A DNA stretch of 64,000 bases from Clostridia bacterium (GTDB taxonomy: Bacteria; Bacillota; Clostridia; Saccharofermentanales; DTU023): positions 33,622 to 97,621 of the forward strand of contig JAXGOR010000002.1 in NCBI GenBank assembly GCA_040767365.1, given 5' to 3'. Position 1 is the stretch's first letter, and every line of letters begins with the position of its first letter. Below are positions 8,659 to 18,045 of the stretch, piece after piece. The notes beneath the pieces were generated by a model, which was given only the letters and a program-made list of their open reading frames with translations, had not been told where the DNA came from and did not search any database. Both the position numbers and the translations under genes were made by a program.

Positions 8659-9954
8659 ATGAGCCACTATTTCAACACCTGACCCTGGAGGACAGGGTCC
8701 AGATCAAAATGAAACTGGAAGCGCCGACTCTTTTCGTAAGATCGCAAAAGACTTGGTAAATCCCCCACCACCATCTCCCAGGAGATAAAAAGCATCGGAG
8801 CCAGATCGAGAAGAATGCCTTCAATACCCGCTACAACCCTTGTAAGCACCGATTCCACTGTCCTGCCCAACTTTTATGTGGCAGGCTCTACTACAAGAAG
8901 AAAACCTGCGCCTCCTGCAAGGAAGGTCGCTTCTCCTCTTTGCCCTGACTTCGAAGAAGAATACTGCCCACGCCTGCAAAAGGCACCCTATGTCCGCCAT
9001 GGCTGTAAACAAAAGCACCGTTGTGGCCTGACCCGCTACGAGTACATGCCCACCGTTGCTCACCATCAATACCTGGAGCTCCTGTCCGAATCCCGTCAAG
9101 GGAGGTCTTATTCGCCTGAAGAGGTCGACTCCATCCGCAAGATCGTGAAGACGGATCTCAAGCGGGGCTATCGCCTTACATCATCTGGGCCAACCACAAG
9201 AACGAGCCGCCTTTGCTCTCACCGGACCATCTACCGGCTCATCCAAGACCGAGCCCTGGCTGAAGTCTCAGGCTTTGACCTGCCCTACAAGATCCGTTAC
9301 CGGCCCAGAAGAAAGAGGCGGGAGCACAAGATTGACACGCGCTGCCGTCAGGGGAGGACCTACCAGGACTACCTGGCCTTCATGGGGGAGGACCCCTGGC
9401 CCGTCGTCGAGATGGACACGGTCATCGGGACGGTTGGGGGCAAGGTCATCTTGTCCCTCTATTTCCAAGAGTCCGCCATGCTCCTCTTATACTTGAGAGA
9501 ACGTAATACGGCCCAGTCCGTCATCGATTGCTTTAATCGCCTCTACGATGTCCTGGGCCGGGACAGCTTTTGTCGACTCTTCCCGGTCCTCCTCACCGAC
9601 AACGGATCGGAGTTCTCCAATCCTGTTGCCATTGAGTTTGACCAAGAAGGCCTAAGGCGGACCCGGATCTACTATTGTGACCCGGGGATGCCAAACCAGA
9701 AGCCTGGAGTGGAAGGGGCCCACAAGCACTTAAGGCGCATTTTACCCAAGGGGACGTCTTTCAATGACCTGACCCAGGAAGACCTGGACCAGGTCATGGG
9801 CCATGTCAATGGTTTCCCCAGAAAAAAGCTGAATGACCAGACACCACTCCAGTCATTCAGCGCTACTTTCGGGAGGGACATCCTGGAACGCTTAGGCGTT
9901 CCTTGTATCGATCCTTCCCAAGTAGTTTTACGGCCCGGCATCTTAGATAAATAA
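8659..9954 (+). pseudogene. IS30-family DDE transposase, N-terminal region broken by about five frameshifts
   Basis: The intact C-terminal ~335 codons carry the DDE core (VVEMDTVIG..., LLTDNGSEF, QKPGVEGAHKHLRRILPKGTSF). The N-terminus can only be rebuilt by hopping frames: MSHYFNT* / HLTLEDRVQIKMKLEA / DSFRKIAKDL / GKSPTTISQEIK / KHRSQIEKNAFNTRYNPCKHRFHCP...CASCKEG / CPDFEEEYCPRLQKAPYV. Confidence 0.75.
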
Positions 9955-10210
9955 GTTGCTGATCTAAAAGGCTCGCCCTGAATCGTGTTCTTCTCTAACG
10001 TTCCAGGCCATCCAGCTTAAAGTGTCGTAAACGGCTAATAGCTCGATGGTTCTGTTAAGCGCGCTCTTCTTTCCTGCCGTGCTCCTTATTTTACCATTTA
10101 TCTTCGCTTTACGGGGTTTTTCTTGTGACTGCCAAACCCCTCGCTACATTTTGTTTCAAGATTTCTTGGATCCCTACTCTACTGTCCAGGTTAGCTTGTC
10201 ATTTATCGCT

Positions 10211-10840
10211 TCAATTCATTTCAGCAATTGCCCGGTCGACATAGTAATCCATGATTTCCCGCTGCATGGCCCCCTGGGCGTAACCGATAAAGTAGCCTTC
10301 GTGGTCGATGATGTAGGTCGTCGGCAGGCCCACGATCCTGTAGTCCATAAAAACCTGTCCGTCCAGGTCCATGAGGATCGGGAAGCTGATGTCCTTGTCC
10401 AGGAGGAACTGCTTGATCTCCTCAGGGTCCATTTCACGCTGGCCCCCCCCCGAACCATCGTCCGGATAGATGACCCCCAGTACTGCCAGATCACCCGCGT
10501 TGAGCCCATGATCCTTGTAGAGTTGCTCGATATCGGGCATCTCCGTAATACAGTTGGAACACCAGCTGGCCCAGAAATTCAAGAAGATGACCTTCCCCTC
10601 ATACTGGGCAAGGCTGTGCTCCGCGCCATACTGATCCGTCAGGGTGAATTCATAGCGCTTGACCTTCTCCTCGCCTGGTTCCAGGGTCCCTTCGCTGTCC
10701 GTTTCCGTTTCCCCTGTCGGTTCAGTCTTGCCCTTGCCGCAGGAGGCTGTGGCCAGCAAGGCCAGGACCAGGAAAACCGCGAGCAGGGGGATCCAGGCCC
10801 GGCGGAGCTTTCTTCGTCTATCATAACTACTGCTTGTCAT
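10211..10840 (-). CDS. TlpA/ResA-like thiol-disulfide oxidoreductase lipoprotein (thioredoxin fold)
   Basis: 209 aa. Lipobox LLATASC. Redox motif FLNFWASWCSNCITEMP. Confidence 0.82.
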   Translation of the reverse strand: MTSSSYDRRRKLRRAWIPLLAVFLVLALLATASCGKGKTEPTGETETDSEGTLEPGEEKVKRYEFTLTDQYGAEHSLAQYEGKVIFLNFWASWCSNCITEMPDIEQLYKDHGLNAGDLAVLGVIYPDDGSGGGQREMDPEEIKQFLLDKDISFPILMDLDGQVFMDYRIVGLPTTYIIDHEGYFIGYAQGAMQREIMDYYVDRAIAEMN

Positions 10841-10857
10841 GGATAATCCTTCTTCCC

Positions 10858-11571
10858 TTAACCGCCATAGACACCGATGATCATGAGTATTCCGATCACC
10901 AGCATGAGGACGCCTCCCAGTATGACGGTGTATTTCATAATTTTACTGTGACGCTTGAAAAAGGCCAGGGTCTGCGTCGTAAACAGACCGACCAACAAAA
11001 AGGGAATCGTAAAGCCGAGCGCGTAAACCCCAATGAGTAAAAAGCCTTGACTTCGCTGGGCCGCGCTTGCCGCCATAAGAAGCACACTGAACATGGCCGG
11101 TCCGATACAGGGCGTCCAGGCGAAACTGAAGGTGAATCCCAGAAGATAGGCTACCAGGGGATTCATGGCGAACCGGTCCAGCTTGAAGGAGAGCCTCCTG
11201 TCCCTTGAGAGGAAGAAGGAGGAACCCAGGGCACCCAGCTGATAGAGGCCAAAAAGGATGACCAGCACCCCGCCGCCGATGGCAAAGGCCCGGCGGTAGG
11301 TATTGAAGAATTCACCGGCCGCTGTAAAACCCAGGGCCAGCACGAAAAAGGTGGACGCGATGCCGAGTACAAAGAAGAAGGTGTTCAGGAAAACACGCTT
11401 TTTCGGATATTGGACCTCACCTTCTTCATCGACCGTGTAGGTTCCACCCGCCAGATAGCCGATGTACATGGGCAGGAGCGGCAGGACACAAGGTGAGAGA
11501 AAACTCACCAGTCCCTGCAGGAAAACGGTGAGTACGGATATTGATTGTTGCATCTCCAAGGCTGGCGGCAT
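10858..11571 (-). CDS. ccdA: Cytochrome c biogenesis / thiol-reductant transfer protein CcdA (DsbD family)
   Basis: 237 aa, polytopic. Conserved LSPCVLPLLPMYIGYL and a second Cys in FAWTPCIGP. Confidence 0.85.
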   Translation of the reverse strand: MPPALEMQQSISVLTVFLQGLVSFLSPCVLPLLPMYIGYLAGGTYTVDEEGEVQYPKKRVFLNTFFFVLGIASTFFVLALGFTAAGEFFNTYRRAFAIGGGVLVILFGLYQLGALGSSFFLSRDRRLSFKLDRFAMNPLVAYLLGFTFSFAWTPCIGPAMFSVLLMAASAAQRSQGFLLIGVYALGFTIPFLLVGLFTTQTLAFFKRHSKIMKYTVILGGVLMLVIGILMIIGVYGG

Positions 11572-11706
11572 GAATTATTCCCTTCCGATAACGGGTTTCG
11601 CGCCTGACGGACTGGCGCACAGCCAATATTCTACCAAGTTATCGGGGACACCTTGTTACAAAGGAAACACTCGCGGTCGCCCGGATCACGGGATCCGGTC
11701 CGCCGG

Positions 11707-12849
11707 TCATCTCATGAGAAAGTTGACGAGCCGGTCCTGGGTCCTGACCATATCAAACCACCAGACCTCCTGGCCCTGGACATAGAATTTCCGGGTTTCG
11801 TTCATGGCGGGCAGCTGGAGCTGCTGCCTCTGGTAGGTCAGATAGGTCGGCGCCTTTGAAACGTATTGGTTGAGATCCAGATTTGTATAGGTATTGGCCA
11901 AAACGACAGTGGCCACCTTGTAGGCGGTCGAGCCTCCGCTGGCCGCCATCTCGTTCAGGATGGAATTGATGACATTGCGCTGTCTCTGGTTCCTTTGAAA
12001 GTCGCTGTCCAGCTTCCTGATCCGGGAATAAGCCAGCGCCTGGTTGCCTGACAGGCGGTTGGTGCCTGACCGCAGGCCCAGGTAGCGGGCCTCAGCCGGC
12101 GTCAGGTTTATGGTAACCCCTCCCAGGGCATTGATGATCCTTACGAAGGAGTTGAAGTTGACGGCAACAAAACCCTTGATGGGAATTCCAAAATTGCTCT
12201 CCACCATCCTGATCGCCAGGCCCGGCCCCCCGTAGGAATAGGCGGCATTCAACAAGCCCCAGTTGTGGTTGCGGGCGCCGATCCTGACATACATGGCCCG
12301 CATTAGGGATACGATATTGACTTTTCTTGTATTGTGGTTGATCGAGATGATCATGGTGACGTCGGAGCGGCCCCTGTAACTGTGCGTGTCAACGCCAAAA
12401 AGGAGGATATTCTCGACCCCGTCCATCCTTTTCATACCGATGGTTCCGGTCTGAGCCGGGGCAAGACCCTCCATCTCCGACAGGTCGTCCGGAATCCCGT
12501 TGCCATCGCGGTCGCCGTTCTCCTGTTGGAGCCAGGTCATCATGTCAAGTTCCCATTCGTCGGCGTTATCGGGGTTCATCAGGTCTGGAATATCATAGAA
12601 GCTGTCATAAAAGTCGTCATAATCGATTTCGTCACCGGCGTAGGTCACGCGCGACATCATATCAGCGTAGATTATGTAGACACCGATGAAGACGGAGAAA
12701 ATCAGTCCCGCCGCGACCCCGAATACGACAAATCTCACCGGAAACAAGCGTCCGAAAAGGCTCTTGGGCTTTTTCTCCCCGGACGCCGTCCCCGGTCTTG
12801 CGGGGCGTTTCCTGCGGGGCCCCGATCGTGCTTTCTCACCTATATTCAA
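11707..12849 (-). CDS. LCP (LytR-CpsA-Psr) family cell-envelope phosphotransferase
   Basis: 380 aa. N-terminal TM helix, then NILLFGVDTHS.RGRSDVTMIISINHNTRKVNIVSLMRAMYV...LNAAYSYGGPGLAIRMVE. Confidence 0.85.
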   Translation of the reverse strand: MNIGEKARSGPRRKRPARPGTASGEKKPKSLFGRLFPVRFVVFGVAAGLIFSVFIGVYIIYADMMSRVTYAGDEIDYDDFYDSFYDIPDLMNPDNADEWELDMMTWLQQENGDRDGNGIPDDLSEMEGLAPAQTGTIGMKRMDGVENILLFGVDTHSYRGRSDVTMIISINHNTRKVNIVSLMRAMYVRIGARNHNWGLLNAAYSYGGPGLAIRMVESNFGIPIKGFVAVNFNSFVRIINALGGVTINLTPAEARYLGLRSGTNRLSGNQALAYSRIRKLDSDFQRNQRQRNVINSILNEMAASGGSTAYKVATVVLANTYTNLDLNQYVSKAPTYLTYQRQQLQLPAMNETRKFYVQGQEVWWFDMVRTQDRLVNFLMR

Positions 12850-12877
12850 GCAAGCGTCTCCTTCATACCCTCTTGAA

Positions 12878-13669
12878 CTAGAAGAGGGCGAAGCCTCCCC
12901 AACCCCAGGTCATGCCTGTCCTCAGGATCAGGTTACTCAGGAAGAACAAGATGATATAGGCAACTGTGAGTACGAGCATTATCAGCCATAGCTTACGCGT
13001 ACCGGCCTGCGAATTCGCAAGGCAGGTCAGGGCGGCCGCCGCGAAGGATAGGATGGGGATCAGATGCATGAGCACAGAGAGGAAATTGATACTGCCCGTG
13101 GAATCTATCGAGATGGCAAGGCCCAGGATCATAACAAAGAGGGAGATGGGCAGGACGACATTCTGGTAGGAGGAATAGCGGGCGAAGGCGCCCTGGAAGC
13201 CTATCTCTTCCTTGAGCCAATAGCGCTTGCAAAGCCAGGCGACCGTCGGCAGGGCGATCATAAGGATAATATTGAAAAACCAAAGAAGGAAAAATCCCCC
13301 GGCGTGCCAGTTCATCATCTTGCCCGTGCTGAGTGTGTGAAACAAGGTGATCAGGAAGGGGATGATGGCGGCAAACAGGAAGTGCATGGGCTCATCCGTC
13401 CCCAGGAAGCCCTGGCCCAGCCAACTGAAATAGCGCTTCCCTTCAAGGGCCAGCGCGGAGGGAGGTTTCGGTGCTTGAACTTGTTGGGGGTAAGGGTAGG
13501 GGGGAACCGGCACTTGGGCTGTCCCTGGCGCGGGAGCCTGGACAGGGGGTGGCGGCGCCTGGGTCACGGCCTGGTCCGCGGCCTGCGTCTCCGGTTGCCT
13601 GTTTCCGCAGTGACTGCAAAAGACAGCCTTATCATCCAGTTCTGTCTGGCAAAAAGGACAATTCTTCAT
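12878..13669 (-). CDS. Zinc-ribbon, proline-rich linker, polytopic membrane protein (function unknown)
   Basis: MKNCPFCQTELDDKAVFCSHCGN, then a P/Q-rich linker and about 5 TM helices. ATG at 13669 is preceded by GAGGAG. Confidence 0.55.
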   Translation of the reverse strand: MKNCPFCQTELDDKAVFCSHCGNRQPETQAADQAVTQAPPPPVQAPAPGTAQVPVPPYPYPQQVQAPKPPSALALEGKRYFSWLGQGFLGTDEPMHFLFAAIIPFLITLFHTLSTGKMMNWHAGGFFLLWFFNIILMIALPTVAWLCKRYWLKEEIGFQGAFARYSSYQNVVLPISLFVMILGLAISIDSTGSINFLSVLMHLIPILSFAAAALTCLANSQAGTRKLWLIMLVLTVAYIILFFLSNLILRTGMTWGWGGFALF

Positions 13670-13873
13670 ATCGGTTCTCCTCACTCTTTAAGTCGGCACC
13701 TGTTTTTCAGGCTGACTTTACGATACAAGAAACAGACTAATTATATCACAGGGGGGCTCATGGACCGACCTGTCCGCCTGCCGCCACCGGACAAGTTCAG
13801 CCGGCCAGTCTGGGACATGATAGGATGATCGGGGGAAGCAAGGGTAAGAAAAAAAGACGGAGGAGCATAGGTC

Positions 13874-14320
13874 ATGCGGGCTTTAATCCAGCGGGTAAGC
13901 GAGGCATCGGTCGATTGCGGCCAGGGCAGGGAGGCGGCCATCGGCCACGGACTCCTGATCCTGCTCGGCGTCGGCGCGGATGACAATGAGGAGAGTTGCG
14001 CGAAACTTTGGAATAAAATCAATAAGCTCAGGATCTTCCAGGACCCTGAAGGCAAGACGAACCTTGATCTGGCGGCCGTTTCCGGCAGTGTCCTGATCGT
14101 ATCCCAGTTCACCTTGTTCGCGGATACCCGGAAGGGCAACAGGCCGAGTTTCGTCAAGGCGGCACCGCCCGACCAGGGCGAGAGGCTCTACAATTATTTC
14201 GTGGAACTTGCCCGACGACAGGTCCCGGTCGTGGCAACCGGATCCTTTGGCGCGGAGATGAAGGTCCATCTCGTCAATGACGGCCCCTTCACAATCTGGC
14301 TGGATACTGACCAGATCTAA
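13874..14320 (+). CDS. dtd: D-aminoacyl-tRNA deacylase
   Basis: 148 aa: MRALIQRVSEASV...GLLILLGVG.DD...VSQFTLFADTRKGNRPSF...FGAEMKVHLVNDGPFTI. Confidence 0.92.
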   Translation: MRALIQRVSEASVDCGQGREAAIGHGLLILLGVGADDNEESCAKLWNKINKLRIFQDPEGKTNLDLAAVSGSVLIVSQFTLFADTRKGNRPSFVKAAPPDQGERLYNYFVELARRQVPVVATGSFGAEMKVHLVNDGPFTIWLDTDQI

Positions 14321-15327
14321 TCGGGAAAGCCCTCCGGTCCAGGTGACAGGCTTGTCTTCATCCAGTTGACCCGGGGCAGGGCTTCTGACAGGTCACTAAA
14401 AGCCCTGTCCAGGCCCGACTCATCCTCGAATAAGGCAAAGCAACTGGGACCGCTCCCTGTCATGGAGACCCCGAAGGCATCGGTCCCCCCAAGCGCCTCC
14501 AGGACGGAGGCGACCGCCGGGATGTTTTGGGCGGTTATTTCAAGAAAGTCATTGCCGATAAGGTCAGCCGTGGCGGCCGTGTCCCCCCGCCCCAAGGCCT
14601 CCTTCCACCTGACGGCCCCCTCTGGCGACCAGGCCTGGCCGGCCTCCTCCAGGCCGGGATTCTCCCGCCTTGCCCGATCAAGCAGGCGGAAAGCTTCCGC
14701 TGTACTGACCGAGTCAGGTGTTTTGCCGATCAAGAGAGGCCAGGCGGGACAGGGAAGGGTCTCCGTCATCTGTTCACCCACCCCTCCGCACAGACGGACA
14801 CCGCCTGCGAGGCAGAAAGGCACATCCGCTCCACAACGAAGCGCAATCGCCAGCAGGTCGGCCGGCCCGATCTTCCCGCGCTCAATTTTGAAGGCCTCAG
14901 GCAGGCCCTTCCGCCAACACTGCCAGAGGAAGCGCAAGACCGCCGCCGCGTCCGCGCTCCCCCCACCCAAACCGGCTTCAAGCGGGATCCTCTTCAGGAT
15001 CGTCACTTCAAAGTCGATCATCCAGGGCTTGATGCCCGCTTGTTCAAAGAACAAGCGGGCCGCCTTGTGGCAAATATTGGCCGGTCCTTCAGGCACCCCC
15101 TCTTCAGGGGAAGCTATCCGCCAGCCGAAATCGTCATCACCGGCAGGCGGACGGGTCGGCCCGGACACAGGTTTCAGGGATAAAAAAAGTTGGTCCGCCA
15201 GTCCTGTGGTGGCCATGAGGGAGACAAGCTCATGGTAGCCATCCGGCCGGCGGGCCAAAATTTCCAATGATAGATTGATTTTTGCGCGCGCCGTTTCCTG
15301 CGCTTGAAACGGTGCGAAGGTTTTCAC
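14317..15327 (-). CDS. ispE: 4-(cytidine 5'-diphospho)-2-C-methyl-D-erythritol kinase
   Basis: GHMP kinase motifs: AKINLSLEILARRPDGYHEL, KRIPLEAGLGGGSADAAAVL, SMTGSGPSCFALF. About 50 aa longer than the E. coli enzyme. Stop codons overlap with dtd (CTAA). Confidence 0.85.
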   Translation of the reverse strand: MKTFAPFQAQETARAKINLSLEILARRPDGYHELVSLMATTGLADQLFLSLKPVSGPTRPPAGDDDFGWRIASPEEGVPEGPANICHKAARLFFEQAGIKPWMIDFEVTILKRIPLEAGLGGGSADAAAVLRFLWQCWRKGLPEAFKIERGKIGPADLLAIALRCGADVPFCLAGGVRLCGGVGEQMTETLPCPAWPLLIGKTPDSVSTAEAFRLLDRARRENPGLEEAGQAWSPEGAVRWKEALGRGDTAATADLIGNDFLEITAQNIPAVASVLEALGGTDAFGVSMTGSGPSCFALFEDESGLDRAFSDLSEALPRVNWMKTSLSPGPEGFPD

Positions 15328-15330
15328 GGC

Positions 15331-15630
15331 CTAACGGCCATCCTCCGGCTGTTGGAGGAGGCGCTCCAGGCCCTCATCATCAAAAGCGATCTCGACGACA
15401 TTGGTCAGCAGATCAATGTAACTAAAACAAACATGCTCGTTGTAGGTTGGGCTCACGGGACAACAGACTGTAAAAACATTGGACGAGCAATTCTCCAGGT
15501 AACCTTCGTGTATGACCGTCCGCCGGCGCCCCCCGTTTGATTTGAGCATAATGCGTTGCCCAAGGCGTTCTTCCAGTTCGGCACGGCACGAAGCCAAGTC
15601 AGTTTTTGCGATCAAAGGCATGTACTCCAT
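15331..15630 (-). CDS. veg: Veg-family protein (DUF1021)
   Basis: 99 aa: LGQRIMLKSNGGRRRTVIHEGYLENCSSNVFTV...FSYIDLLTNVVEI matches B. subtilis Veg. The veg-ispE neighbourhood is as in Bacilli and Clostridia. Confidence 0.8.
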   Translation of the reverse strand: MEYMPLIAKTDLASCRAELEERLGQRIMLKSNGGRRRTVIHEGYLENCSSNVFTVCCPVSPTYNEHVCFSYIDLLTNVVEIAFDDEGLERLLQQPEDGR

Positions 15631-15728
15631 CTAGTAAATGTGTAAAAGGCACATAGTTGGCCATCAAACCGTATTATACCTTGTTTGAGGGAAGAAAGCA
15701 AGCCGGATCAGCCTGTCAGGCTGGGGTT

Positions 15729-16809
15729 TCAGGACATTTCCTCGACGATACCGCCCCCCAGGACCCGGTCCTGGTCATAGAAGACCGCCGACTGGCCGGG
15801 CGAGGACAGTCTGACCGGGCTCTCAAAACGGATCCAGGCCCTGGCTGCTTCCCGGTCGATTCTTATTTGGGCCGGCAGGGGTTTACCCTGTGAACGGAGT
15901 TGCACACCGGCCGGGAAGGAGGGGGAGCGGGTGGGGCGAAAAGAGGTCCACCAGTGTCATCTCCTGGACAAAGGCCTCCTCCTCATCCCCCAGGACAACG
16001 AGGTTCCTCTCATCATCCAGGGCCAGAACGGTCATGCGCCGGCCGATGGAGTGACCCAGATGACGGCGCTGTCCGACCGTATATCGCCAGCTCCCCCTGT
16101 GTTCTCCTAGCGGCTCCCCCCGTGAATTGACAAAATGACCCGGCTTGTCTTCCAGGCCCTGTCTTCCAAGAAATTGTTTCAGCTGCCCTTTGGCGACAAA
16201 GCAGATATCCTGGCTGTCCCCGGTCTCCGCGGCCGGATCACCTGCGGACGAGGCGATCCGGCGCGCCTCTTCCTTTGACTTATCGGCCAAGGGAAAGAGG
16301 ACCCTGTCCAGGATCTCCGCTGGCAGCCTGTAGAGGAAATAGCTCTGGTCCTGGGATCTGTGCCGGGCGCGGTAGAGCCAGCTGCCGGCCTCATCCACCC
16401 CGGTCCGGGCATAGTGGCCTGTCGCCAGGCAGGAGCAACCGAGTTCATCGGCCAATTCCGCCATTATCCTGAACTTGAATTCCGGATTGCACATGACGCA
16501 GGGGTTGGGGGTCTGCCCCTGGCGCCAGGCTGCCACGAAGGGCTGAACAACCTGGTCGAAAAATGCCTGCCTCACATCAAGGATCCTATGGGTCAGGCCG
16601 AGCAGGCCGGCCGATCTGGCCGCCCGTTCCCACCTTGCCCCGTCCCCCTCCTCCTCTTCCCAGGTCCTGAGGGTTACGGCAACCAGCTCATAACCCCTGG
16701 CCTTCAAAAGCACGGCTGATGCCGCGCTGTCCACCCCGCCCGAGAGGCCGAGGAGGACACGGCGGGTCGGTGATTTCTTATTTACCTGGGGGCTTTGTCT
16801 TTTATTCAC
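15729..16809 (-). pseudogene. mnmA: tRNA 2-thiouridine(34) synthase MnmA, interrupted by a 1-nt frameshift near 15905-15955 (authentic or assembly error)
   Basis: The N-terminal 308 codons (LLGLSGGVDSAASAVLL, CVMCNPEFKF) stop at 15883. The canonical C-terminus (GVQLRSQGKPLPAQIRID...SSPGQSAVFYDQDRVLGGGIVEEMS*) continues in another frame down to 15729. Confidence 0.8.
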
Positions 16810-17235
16810 TTCACCAGTCTAGCGGAAGGGGCAGGGAACTGTCTAACAATCCCCGGGGGCCGGGCTTGATAGGCACATATGAAACGGGCAGGATTCCCAT
16901 TTCTCCGGGAATCATCTGCCCGTTCCTCCGAGGTGTACTTTCAAAGTACGCCTCCTTTCCGTCCCTGTCACGACTGCCGCATTGCCGGTCAAAGCCAGAT
17001 GGCTCCACGAACGATTCCGGCCAAATGATACTAATCCTGTACGTCGTATGGCGCAGCCACTCTGTCCTGTTCAATTTGTGAGGTTACGCAACCCTGGCTC
17101 CAGATGTTCTGCACCCCCGAGCGTACGCCGCAGCCTTGCGGGACCCTCTCTTATTCGATTACCTTAAACCTTCCGGCGCCCCAGCACTTCCGGGACGCGC
17201 ATTCCTGTCTATGTAATCCAATTGAGGTTGCCAAG
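16810..17235 (-). other. Non-coding ~420-nt highly structured segment (candidate long 5' leader of mnmA or an unannotated ncRNA)
   Basis: No credible ORF in any frame. Contains a 16-bp two-tier hairpin (16883-16924), a 12-bp hairpin (16930-16954) and several further GC stems. I recognise no Rfam-type signature. Confidence 0.3.
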
Positions 17236-17264
17236 ATCCTAGCATAAATTTATTTGACTGTCAA
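17236..17264 (-). promoter_or_regulatory. Candidate sigma-70-type promoter reading toward the structured region and mnmA
   Basis: Minus strand: TTGACA, 17 nt spacer, TAGGAT with an extended -10 (TGCTAGGAT). The -35 lies in the palindrome TTTGACTGTCAAA. Confidence 0.3.
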
Positions 17265-17339
17265 ATAATTATCCTTTATATGTGAATGATTATTAATGAT
17301 TTAAGAGGGGTCCCCCGCCCATCTCAAGCTGGCCCCCGA

Positions 17340-17786
17340 TCAGCTCTCCGCCTCATCTTCCTCCGGCTCCGCGTCCGCCAGGGTCTGGGCTGAACCCTGC
17401 TCGTAACGTTCGATCTCGTAGTAGATTTCCGCCCGGTCCAAAATCCGCTGGCGGGCCAGCGAGGGCAGATTGTCCATCAGAAAAAGCAGTCGGGATTTTT
17501 GTTCCAGGAGGGCGACATCATCCAGGCTCAAGCTGTTGGCCGTGTCCGAGTAGAGGGCTCCGGGGACATAGGAGTCCACCAGGGGCCTGTCTGACATATC
17601 CTCCATACCGAGTATCTGGTCGAGGGTAGCGCCGAACATGGACGCCAGGCGTTTGGCTGTCTTGATGTCGGGGTAGTTCCTCCCACCCTCCCATTGGCTG
17701 ACTGAGGTCTGTGTGACGCCCAGTACTTTCGCCAGCTCGCTTTGCGTCATATGGTTCTTTTTCCGAAAATATCGAATGCCGTTCAT
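17340..17786 (-). CDS. XRE-family HTH regulator with an acidic C-terminal extension
   Basis: MNGIRYFRKKNHMTQSELAKVLGVTQTSVSQWEGGRNYPDIKTAKRLASMFGATLDQILG. I prefer the Met at 17786 over the track start at 17900. Confidence 0.75.
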   Translation of the reverse strand: MNGIRYFRKKNHMTQSELAKVLGVTQTSVSQWEGGRNYPDIKTAKRLASMFGATLDQILGMEDMSDRPLVDSYVPGALYSDTANSLSLDDVALLEQKSRLLFLMDNLPSLARQRILDRAEIYYEIERYEQGSAQTLADAEPEEDEAES

Positions 17787-18045
17787 TGTGACCGCCTTAA
17801 TCCGGAGTCCTTGGCTCCATCTTCTTTTAGTATCATCACCATGCGGCACAAAAAACGGAAACCTTAAGGTCTTTATACCGAAAAGCCATCTATACCGCAT
17901 CCGCTATGGCTGTTTAATAATACACGCCTTCAACTTATAATTGCAATAGTAGAATCCTATTATTTTTAACAAGGTTACCGGCAATCACGCCTGCTTATTC
18001 GTACAAATGACGTAGGACATTCAACCTTTGCGAATATTGACCCTA

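Larger units (their letters stand above)
8500..10025 (+). mobile_element. Decayed IS30-family insertion sequence (boundaries approximate)
   Basis: Contains the IS30-type transposase remnant. Candidate termini share TAAGCTGGA (8505-8513) and, inverted, TCCAGCTTA (10011-10019). Two subterminal 13-bp direct repeats lie at the left end. The inverted-repeat match is short, so the ends are uncertain. Confidence 0.55.

Noticed and set aside
8392-8660. Possible T-box leader for serS
   Set aside because: No specifier-loop, AGAGA or GGUGGUACCGCG-type T-box sequence on the minus strand. The region is mostly the left end of the IS30 remnant.
10046-10846. 266-aa plus-strand ORF overlapping the redoxin gene
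   Set aside because: It is antisense to the clear TlpA/ResA-like gene (WCSNC motif, lipobox) and has no recognisable domain.
16810-17235. Identity of the structured region as RNase P RNA, tmRNA, SRP RNA, or a SAM, T-box, cobalamin, ZTP or FMN riboswitch
   Set aside because: Hallmark strings are absent on both strands: GAGGAAAGUCC, the tRNA-like ...CCACCA end, GGAAGCAGC, the B12 box in context, and CCGCCUGGGC. Partial look-alikes (CCGGAAGG, GUCGUGAC, GCCACU) are too short. I kept it only as an unclassified candidate.
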